DNA of 63,834 nt, the filler included, from Hyphochytrium catenoides (taxonomy: Eukaryota > Protista > Hyphochytriomycota): assembly GCA_900088475.1 (NCBI GenBank). It is 12 parts of 12 records of this genome, joined end to end, with 100 filler letters (N's around TTAATTAATTAA, not from the genome) between each part and the next. Parts side by side here need not be neighbours in the genome. Positions count along the whole stretch, not along the records: positions 15,212 to 45,397 come from FLMG01003540.1; 11 more parts are not named here. One strand, written 5' to 3'. The position numbers and the translations under genes are program-made. This document shows, in pieces, positions 31,290 through 41,842 of the stretch. The notes below the pieces were generated by a model. The model ran no database searches. It saw only the letters and a program-made list of their open reading frames with translations, and was not told the origin of the DNA. Within the stretch, counting starts at the first letter, position 1. Each line of letters starts with the position of its first letter.

Positions 31290-34200
31290 TTACTCACTCC
31301 CGAGCACGCTTAGCTGTTCGAGAAACTTCTCTGGTGAGAGGAGCTCTGTGCAGCCATAGATCACATTCCGAGGCTGGACTTGAGCCTGTACGAGAAGAGC
31401 GATGCGAGTCGACACACGTAAGACAGGTTACTTTCAGTGGTACAGAGGTAGTATTCGTCCCGAAACCTGACAGAGGGACGGAGCACAGTAACCTGCCAGG
31501 CAAAGATGGATAAACGTTTTTACGCACCGCGCAGTAGTCCTGAAGGTTCTGGAACTCAACATAGTTCCCACCTCCGATAACGAAGACAATTGCGTCACGG
31601 AAAGGAGTTCGAAGCCTAGGCACCTCGCCTGAGGCCGTCGGTTTCACCTGCAGCAGTGAGGGCTGTTAGGCGGGGCTAGGCGGGGCTATCGCTCTTATGT
31701 TAATCCTCCTTCACTCGAGTAGTATTCTCTCTTCACCTTGGGGTCTAGATAGATCCACGAATCGTCTTCAGTGCCCTGTCGGATCTCGCAGATGTTATCG
31801 ACCACCCTCGTCACGTTAAGCTTCTTCGTCGTAGGCAAGAAGTTCTTCACACCTAGGTTAGACCAGAGGAGTAAGCTGGAGGCCCCTTCTCGAAGCGTAG
31901 CTGTCCTCCTCGATTGTCGTGAACATTGTCCCTCTCGAGAGCATGTTTGAGGGCTGCTCCGCTTGAACTGGTTTTTGCCCTCAACCGTTACTGCCCCGAC
32001 CTGCGTGCCCCTATCATTCCCGGCTAAACCCCTAATGCCACAGATTCACCTTCCACCCTGACCAGTCCTTCACGGCTCTCTTCTCTTCTCCTTTCATGTT
32101 ACTCACTTGCTGTGGCCTTGTCCAGCCAACCTTGTGCCTGAGCGCCAAAAGCTCCTGCCAAGCCCTTGAAGACGCTACTGGGGTCCGATTGGACCTGAGC
32201 TACTGTCACAGTTCCTGTGTAAACATGACCTGTTAGCAGATCCTCAGACCAAAGATGTCCATCGGGTTCTCTTCAGAATCAACAGGTACGTGTCTTACAG
32301 CCTACTCTTTCGCTACCAGGTAAATGAATTCTGGCCCATTCTCACGTTTCTTCTGAACTCAGTAAAAGTCCGGTCCCCACTCTTCACTCTCTTAGACACG
32401 GATATGGCTCTGTTTACCTAGATCTGAAGCCATGGAAACAGGCTTCCGTCTAAATGCGGCATTCTTTTTCAAGTATCGAAGAGCTCTAAAGTCTGCTACA
32501 GGTGCTGGATTGTCGGCGGTACTTAACGCCTATCAACATGGCGAGGTATTAGCTTTTTGAAGCAGGGCCCCTTCTGAGGTCCTGAGATATCAGTGGTAAT
32601 AATAAAGGACAAACCTGTACTGCTCTTGTGATCGCCTCTTCAATTTCACTAATCTCTGTCGATGACGCACTGGTTGAGAGATGGTAGATCATGGCCAGCC
32701 TTTGCTTGTCATTGAAGGAGCCCTAAGACAGAAGAGAAGATTACTCCTCATTCTGAGTCCTTGAAAAAGAAACCTTGATATTAGGCAGAAAATCATGATC
32801 AAATCAGGCCGCTGCCGTAGCTCTAGGTTTGCACTGCAATAGGCAAAGACGAGCCACAAGCTGGGTAGCAAGAGGCAATCACAAGAGAGACTCCTGATGG
32901 AGGATTGTTCCCGGACTTAAGCCAGAACACAGGCTCTAGATGAGCAGGGATCATAGAAGGTGAGGTTGTCAATTCTTTCCTTCTCAGGATCAGCGATAAG
33001 CTCCATGAGCTCCTGCCTATCTACAAGTCCACTGCTCATCATCTTTTGCTCCAGCAAAGAGAAGGTAGGAATCTGTCTTGCCGCAACAATTTCAAAAGCG
33101 GCCTGGAAGATGTTTGTGTGTACTTCTAACTGCTTCTTTTTCTCTAGAAGGACAGGGAGAGTATCCACTGCAGACACGAGGTCCTGATGTGTCCCATAGG
33201 CGGAATGGGGCAGGATTGTAGAGCAGTCAGGCGTCAGACGGATTGTCGGGTCTGGAGTCGTGCTACTCTTATCGAAGACAAAAACTAGATGAGGATTGTG
33301 TCTGCCAGGCATGTGAGCGCATACCTTGGTGCTGCTTCCCTCTCCAGGTAAACCAAGGGCGACATCCAGCTTCCCTCCTGCCTACGGGGGGCCCTGTAAG
33401 CCGTAGCGACACAATATTTAAAATACCAAAGGTCATCAGCTCTTACCTTAGCCCGAATATCTTCCTCCTGTTTCGTCACTCTTTTCATCTCTTCCTCATT
33501 AGCGGCAATGGCATCAGGGAAAAGATCCCGTGCGTGGGCTGCGAGGTTAAAGGAGAAAGGATGAGGTTAGATCTCTCAGGGCATGAGGGGACGAAGTGCA
33601 TGCATCCTCTAGTAGAACTGACGCGTAGAGACGAAAGCAACAATGAGCCAAGGAGGCGGTAAACGGATGTAAAAAGAAATACATTAGCTATGGTAATCTA
33701 AGGAAAGACTCAAAGAGACAACCTAACACAGGGCTTGACCAGGAGATAGTGAAACCTCAGGAGCGAGGTACATTTTGAAAGCCTACCGACCTCTAAAGAA
33801 CGGATCTGTAGTGGTGTCAAAGTCATAAGTCTTTCTTTGTTTCCCACTTGCACTGGAAACGTTGACGACTACTCGATTCATATTGATCCCGACCAGATCG
33901 TCTATCAAGGCCTGCAAAGACGTCCAACAATTGAGGGAATGGTCCTCAAATTAGTGATGAAAACGGAACCAAAGTAGTTAAAAAGCCGAAAAGACCGGTT
34001 GAGGGTGTTCCTACCTGGTAGGTTGAAGCATGGTGAAGAGCCGCAGCTATATCATCGTTCCTGTCCACTATGACGAGCACTGGGCGGTGGAAGGACCCTG
34101 AAGAGAAAGAACCCGAAAAGATCTCACTCTTGCCAACCTAGGGGTAGGAGGATGATTGAGTTATATTTTCTTGCTCGTTTCCAATGACCGGCCAAGCTCA

Positions 34201-35622
34201 ATTTTCTCTATGTAAGCCGACAGCTATAAGCCTCTACATCCACGTTCAGAACTGCTAGTGGGCAAACGTGCGACCTTTACCTAACTATCTTCGTACGCGT
34301 CTCATATGCCACATCCATATCCTGGAACATACCAAGTGGTCCCTGAGCAAAGTGTATAGCTTCATCGCAACTACTTCTCCTGGTCCTCCCGGGGCACATC
34401 TAATGATTGGAACTTCTCCGTATGTCGCTAGAACAGAAAAGAGACCCTGTGCAATTGACTCCATCGAGGCTTGGATCTGTGCATAGCGATGGGGAAGAGA
34501 GAGACCAAGGCGGAGGAAGGTTGAGCTGAAGGGCAATCCGCCTGTAACACTCTACCTCACCTCGTTGTCTCGCGCCCTACGATTGTTGTAGGAGATGTAT
34601 GAATTTGGCATGTTCAGAGTAAAGAGCTGCGGCTCCAGGCAGACAAAATTCAAATACTGATCGTACACCTTCTGAACCTGTTCAGAGGTAAGCCTGTTAG
34701 AATTGTTGAGGCCCTGGTGGGCGCTGACTTTCATGGGTTCATGCAGACGATAAGGAGAACCTGATAGCTCAACCCACATGACAGCGAGAGAAAGAGGTAA
34801 TTGGAATATCACGACTATCAATGTTTAGAGGATAAGATGGGGAGCTGTACGGCTCGATGCCGACCACAACGAGATGCGGGATGTAAGAAGACGTGAGAAG
34901 GTGCCCTACCAGCGAAGTGGAGTCTGATTCTACAGTTGCCTTCGCGATAGACTCCAATAAAGAGCGTGGAAGAGGTGACACGAAGTTTAAATAGAAAGAG
35001 GTATACAACCGGCTTGCGAGGTCCTTGTGTTCACAGGCAATAGATCATTAGATTCCCGGAGGATCCTGTCATTCTAGTGAAGAAACGGTATGGTACCTTC
35101 GTTAGCCTTCCCACGTTCGTTTCGTTGGGCTGTATAAAGTAGATCGCTGGGACATCCGGGATTTCCTCCCTATCGGAGTCTATCAGCATGTGCAGCGTTA
35201 CTCCTGCGATTTGTTATGAATTAGTATGGCAAGTCAGTGACGCTCTTCTTCGGCCTCACCTTGCTTTCGGAGGTCGCCGACCTTCAGAATGGGCGATATA
35301 ACATCTCTGCAGAACCTATCGTAGATCAGAAGCTTCCATTGATTTGACCAGGTGCTACCGGGTAACAGCAAACATAATCTGAGCTTTTAGCACTATCTCG
35401 TCAACCTCTAACGTCATACCTATCGTCACCATCTAGGTTGACCGTATCATATCCTCCTCCCGTCGCTGACTTCTGTTCTACAAGATCAAGCATCCTAAGA
35501 ATGCCAGCTAGGAGAGCAACCAGCAGTCAGCACCCCACGAAGCCACAAAGAGAGGGATACACCATACCTTTTTGCTTATCTCGCAGGCTAAGCGCCGGCG
35601 CCGACCCTGTTGGTGCCGCCAT
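31290..35622 (-). CDS. SLY1: Sec1/Munc18-family ER-Golgi SM protein Sly1 (SCFD1), multi-exon
   Basis: Motifs include [71 protein letters not shown] and [17 protein letters not shown]. The C-terminus is [23 protein letters not shown]. Confidence 0.95.
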
Positions 35623-37040
35623 TTTCGCGTTCGTGTCGTTGTCTAGCCTCACCCACTCTCAAATAACGCTATACTGAGGCAGGTCTAGATATCATCTGTC
35701 TATTGTCAGTGAGTCGCAAGAGCGCTGCTGACGAAGTTCGATGGCGAGTCAGATGTGTAAGGGAGCCAAGCTAGCTTGAAGGGAGCTTACAATTATAAAT
35801 CTTTGACTGTAAACTCTCAGACTTTATGGGCGCTCTTGATCAAAGTCCTCCTGGGGGTGGTTTGAGAAAGGGTGTTACACTCGAAGATTCCGCAAAGAGT
35901 CAAACTTCCTCTTCTGTTGCAAGATGATGTATGGGAGAGATGATGTGGGAAGATCTTACGCTAACTGCTGGAGGAGGAGAAGAAAGCTCGGTCCACCAGC
36001 AGGATGATGCAGCAGCAGTTGGCTCATTAACATAAAGAAGCAGTCTTTACTCAGCACGTCCAAAGAATAGACAATGAGTCGATGCTTGTTCGACAAGGAA
36101 TCTATGAATACTAAGTTTCATCAGGTAGAGTGGTGGGTGTTCTCTGGCTGACGGTCTATAGGCCTAGCAGGGGAACTTACAGAGAGAGATCTCTCCTGTT
36201 GAATACTTCCATAAATGATACAATAGACCTAACAATGTTGTGCCTACATGGATGGGCACTCCTTGGACTCAATATAAAGACACCGCGCTCTCAACCAAGG
36301 TCATGGAAGCATTGGCCCCCCATCATCATTGACGACTAACGTCCAGTGCTCGCTTTATGGGTGTAGGAGGCGATGTCCGTATAAAGATCTCTCTACTTCC
36401 GTGACCCAAAGCTGCTCGCTCTTGCCCCTACTCATGGGATCATCTCAAAAAGAAGAGATGCCTGTTGTGGGGCATCTGGTATGGGGAGGACGGAGGAAGA
36501 ACCTTAGCAAAGGAGCAAGAGGAGCTAGAGAGCACTTTCCTGAGACTACATGTGCTATTTATCGCGTGAGGTAAAATAAGAGTAGGGCTACTACTGGCGG
36601 CGCGATAGGTAATCACCTCTTCTGATGCCAACAGGAATAAAGGAAGACGAGAAAATCTAAGGCTTGAACTTCTCTTCTGCTTTTTACTGTGTTCTTGGTA
36701 CGAACTCTTCAAGGCAGATCCTCCATCCGAAAAACCGAAAGTAGCACCTTTCAAGTATCCATCAACATCGCGCTGATGAAGGTCCAGAAATCTCTTTATT
36801 CTTTGAGATTCTGGTCGGTCCCACGAGTGCTGACTGCTTGCCTCAGTCTTTATGAGGCGGTTTCGATGATGACGCCATGTACGGGCCAAGCTTTGAGGCT
36901 TTTTCGCAGTGCATAGATTGATCACCATGAGTAGACATGATGACCTGACCAACCAAGCAGATCCGGACGTCGCATAAGATAGATACATGTTTGGCCTGCT
37001 GTAGCGGCCGTATCATTCATCTGTACTGAGGAGGGGCGCG

Positions 37041-40000
37041 ATGGCCCGCCCGTCGAACAACCTCCGAGAGCTTCTCTCAACAACCTCATTAGATGACCTT
37101 TGGACGCTCATGGCTCGAGCTGTAAGAGCCAGTGGAAAAAGCGTAGGCTCGCTCAACGGTCATTCTGCTCAGTGTATTAAGGTAACGATTGGGCCGAGAA
37201 CCGCCTACTTGACACTTTCGAAAGGAAGTGCTGAGTTAACTCCGGCCAAGAACATGGCACCCGACCGCCTTCGAACCGAACCCGTATTCTCGATCACTTT
37301 GGCCTCCGAGGACGACTTCAGTTTGTTAGTAGCTGGTCACCTTTCAGTTGCCCGGGCACTGTTGACACGCCGCCTACGATACTCTGGAGATCGCTCTCTT
37401 CTCAGCCAACTTACTCCTTTCTTTCGGTCAGTGGCTCTAACCATGAGTGAAAGACTTCTTGGCAGTGCTTCAAAGGCAAGTAGCAGCGTAACAGACCCTG
37501 GGGTCAGAGAGCAGCTGGAATATGTACTAAAGGAGAATCACAAGCTTCAGCGCAAAGTGAACGCCCTGGAACTTTTGATCGAGGGCCAAGAAGCTCTCAT
37601 ACTCAATGGTGAATCCGAGGCCATTGCTCTTTCACTCTATTACGTGCTCCGCGGACCCGTTCTCAAGGCCTGCCTGGCTGTGATTTGCTTCTATCTCTAC
37701 CTCAATGGATATACCACGGCGTTCCTGTCCAGCATGACCCTGATGTTCCTTATTAGGATGCTACTTGTGGCAGACTACTTTAGTCTCTTTCGACGGCAGG
37801 TGGTGGTCTACGCCTTGGCTGTGCGCGTCTATCTAACCTATAAGCTGGCCAAGATTAGGGCCCGTCGCTTGCTGGATGAGCAGAAGGGAGATAACTTGAT
37901 GGAAAGAGTGCATCGAACCCAGGCTAACCTTCTCTATCAGAAGGTAGTGTAACTTCCCTCGAATCAACCCTTTCTCAGTAAGACGGCTGTCTCCCTCCTC
38001 CTACGAATGTAAGACTGTATTCACCACCTCCTCTCCAGGCCCTATACCCTCATCCTCCTCATTTTCATCACGCTTGAGTTTCGTTCTCCCGCTTTTTCTG
38101 TGTCTAAAAGTCTCTAGAGATACAGCCTAAGAAGAGTGCGTTCCGGATGACATTCTTTTTAGCCGCAGCCCATAGCAATTCTTCAAGACGATCAGCAGAT
38201 CTTCATCTCATGAATAATCCCTTTGCCCTTTGCCACACAGGCTCTGGAGCTTCAGGGATTTTGGCTGAAGCTAGGTCAATACCTCAGCGCCAGAGCAGAT
38301 GTGATGCCACCCGCATACATACGACTACTAAAGAAGCTCCAAGATAGTGTTCCGGCGAGGCCTTTTGACGTGGTGAGGACGACAGTAGAGGATGAATTGG
38401 GGAGAAAGCTTGAGGAGATATTTTCCCACTTTGAGAATGAACCAATTGCTGCAGCGTCGATAGCACAGGTGCATGTGGCTTACCTCAAGGACAAAAAGAA
38501 GGTAGATACTCGCATCCTGCAGCTCTTAGAATCGCATCCACTGGATGCTGAAAGTGTCACCTGCAAACTGATTAAGGGGCACATTTGGCTGCCTAGGGAT
38601 GTCCTCCTTCCTCCGTATCATTGAATCCTGCCTGGCGTGTCAAGTTCTCAAGAGTCCCTTCCTTGATCGTGTCTCATATCTAAGTCCCATTAAGAGGGTT
38701 GGCTCCTCTTCTCAGCAAATCTTACCTAACTGCTCCCTCTTTAGGTGGCCGTCAAGGTCCAACACCCAGAGATTGCCCTACTGCTTGCTCAAGACATGAA
38801 GAACATGGAGAAAATCTTTCGCTGGGTCTCCTGGCTAGAACGAGGCTTTGACTTTGGCCAAATTGTCAAGGAATGGTCAGAGGCCGTGGCAAAGGAGCTT
38901 GATTTTAAGGCAGAAGCCGATGCGACGAAGTTCGTTGGAGAACGGCTGAAGGAGTCTGGAATCAATGCAAAGACAGTACATGTAAGGCATGCAACGGCAG
39001 AAACTCCCGCTATCTTCCACGGCATTATTGCGTGCATATGAGTGCCCCTCCCCTCCTTTTCCTTGGCTTTCCGCGATGTCTATGTGTCATCATATACCAT
39101 ACTTTCTCATTCGACCTTCTATTCATCCATCTTTTTCAACCAAACTCGCGGGTTCTTTCTGGTGTGCCCCAACCATGAACGATGATCACTAGGTCCTCGA
39201 GGCATTATCCACGTCGAAGGTGATGGTAATGACCTTCATAGAGGGCATGAAGATTTCGGAATGCCTTGAGCTTGAGTCCAAAGAGCGACATCAACTGGTT
39301 GGAGACATCATTGAAAGTTTCGCCTATCAGATCTTTGTCGCTGGACTATTCAATGCAGGTGCCACCATGAGAAGATGAAGTCGCACTTGCCCAAGCTCTT
39401 GGATCTTTGCCTTCTCCCTTCTTTTAGTCTGTACAATCCAAAACTCATTAACTATTGTCTTAATTCTGCCTATCAGGTCCTAACTCTATAAATAGACTTC
39501 TGGGCTTCTACCGTCGCAGCTGCTACGAGCTCCATAACACTCCTCTTCATAAATACGTTCCTCTTGACTCTGTTCTCTCGTCCTTTTCCCGCAGATCCGC
39601 ATCCTGGAAACATCATGGTTTTGAGGAACTCCAAAAGTGATGGCACTGAGTGCCCGGAATATAAGCCAAGCTCCAGAGGCTCAAGCTCCCCTAAAATGTA
39701 CACACCGGTTTTATTAGACTTCGGGCTCTCACGTCAAATGGACGACGACAAACGCCTAGCTTTCGCTCAGGTACGTGGCCGAAATCTTCATCCTGAGACA
39801 GGCTTACCTGCGTCACGTTTTTCATTCACCTTTGCATTAAATAGGCATGAATCTATTTGACATCTTCAGATTGCAGGGAAGCATTAGGTGGCTCTTTCCT
39901 TTTGAGGTTCAGCTTCTTAACGCAATTGCGCCTTCAGATGCTGTGGGCGGCCTACGAGACGGATTTTGCCTTCCTGCTGGAGTCCTTTAACGCGATGGGT

Positions 40001-41753
40001 CTCAAACGGTCGACCTCTCAACCTCTGCAAGATATAGAAAGCCTTCAATATCTCTTCAGAGACAGCCTGCCTGCTCAAGAGGCGAGAGACCAATTTAGAG
40101 CTCTAGCCGCGGAAAGAAGAAGAGAGAGAAAACAGAGAAAGGCTGCTGGACAGCCAAAGATCGTTATTGAGGCTTGGCCAGGAGAGGTTCGTGATCGCCA
40201 ATGGCATTGCTTAACTGTTTATTATTGCTCAATGTGCACTGACATCCGTTCTGCAGCTTCTTTTTCTTAGCCGAACCCTAGTCCTCCTTCGTGGCTTATG
40301 CAGTAGCTTGGCGGTGAGGCTGCCCATAATGCAGATTTTCGTAAAGTGGGCTCTTCATGCGTTATCGCTGAAGTGCGAGGCAGCAAGGCGAAGTGTTGCA
40401 CTTTCTTCTCCACGTGCACGTACTCCTGATTTCTCTCCGCTGGAAACCGTAGTGAAAAAACTTCTTAATGATCTGTCTTCGTCTTCTGACGACCCCAGCG
40501 GTGGACTAGGGTTGCAAGTGTGTGTCTATAAAGATGGCAAGAAAGTCGTGGATTGCTGCGATGGGGTGGTTGGACCCTTCAATCCCTTATCCCTCTCTAC
40601 AGAGACCAAGTTTAATCTCTTCCAAATAGCAGGCGGAATCAGCTCACTTTTTCTTTTGAAAATTGCCCTTAGCAGGGGCCTAGGCCTAGACACGCCTATA
40701 GAGAGGTTTGTCACTCAGGCCAAGAGAGCACTGCCAAGCAAGAGAGAGAGTATCAACGAGGAATGGATAAGAAAGCTACTTCCAGGAAGAACTCTCCGGG
40801 AGTTCCTGAACCGATGCTGCGGCTACGAGCACCAAACTTTAGGAGGTGTACGGAATATACCGTTGCACGAATATGGAAAGTGGAGACATTGGCTGCGTAG
40901 GATGGTTGAAGAGAGAGATAAAGTGGAAGACAAGGGAGGTGCTGCAAGCAAGCGCAAGGTTTGTTACGAGTTTCAACATCTTTCTGTTTCCTGGAGCTGG
41001 CTCTTCAGTCTTCTCCTTGATGAGTTGAGTGGTGTTTCTTTCTCTAGATCTCTAGAGGATGAACTTTTAGGTCCACTCATTCTCTCTGGCGGCATCTCCT
41101 ACGGTAGACCATCAGATGGCAAGGCTGTTGCCAAAACGTTTATGGACATATCTAGTTTCAGGTCGGAGTTGGAAAGCCAAAGTTCCTATGAGGGCGAAGG
41201 AAGCAGGGAACCCAAGGGAAACATCACTCGCGGGGCAACGTCAATCGCAGATCTCTTTGGAGGAAATTCAGAGACTACAGTTCTTCCAGAGCTACATGAA
41301 AGCGAGAAACTCCTCCTAGATCCTCGTGTCTTCAACCTGCAGGACCTTCAGGAGCAGGAGTTGGCAGGAGTCATTTGTCAAGCTACGGCCCGGGCGCTAG
41401 CCCGGTTATACAGCCTTCTCTGTGGTCCTCTCGAGTCCAGTGCTATGCCTAAGAATTTGGCAGACCTCATAATTAAGGGTCCCAAGAAGGATCTTCCTTG
41501 TCTCCTAGGAAATGACGTATCCTATTCTTTGGGCCATCGGCTATTCAGTGTGAAAGGATCGGACGGAGTGATAAGATCTATTTTCGGCAACACCGCGATT
41601 GGCGGCTCAGTGGTGCTTTGTGACCCAAGTCACAACCTATCTATGGCGGTACTGGTCAACCGCGTTTCCATTGGTGGAGCCAATCCCGCCTGCAACGTAG
41701 CGCAAGCTGTGTACAAACTTCTAGGCTGCGGGGCCTTATTAGACAACTTCTAA
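37041..41753 (+). CDS. SCP2 sterol-carrier domain + coiled coil/TM + ABC1/UbiB (ADCK) atypical kinase + beta-lactamase-like domain fusion
   Basis: SCP2 motif ITLASEDDFSLLVAGHLSVARALLTRRLRYSGDRSLL. UbiB motifs LKLGQYLSARAD, IAAASIAQVH, VAVKVQHP, ELDFKAEA, ADPHPGN and LLDFGL. C-terminal serine-hydrolase fold GLQVCVYKDGKKVVD...ATARALARLY...FGNTAIGGS. The GT-AG exon chain is continuous. Confidence 0.88.
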
Positions 41754-41842
41754 CTCTTGTGCCCCCACACCTTCTTCAGTCCCTCAGCAAAGCAGGGACT
41801 CCATACTTAGGCAAAGCACCCGCAAGCAATATCTGACACACT

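Noticed and set aside
36440-36988. 182-aa ORF antisense to the ABC1K upstream region
   Set aside because: No domain or compositional support. It is probably chance in a divergent promoter/UTR.
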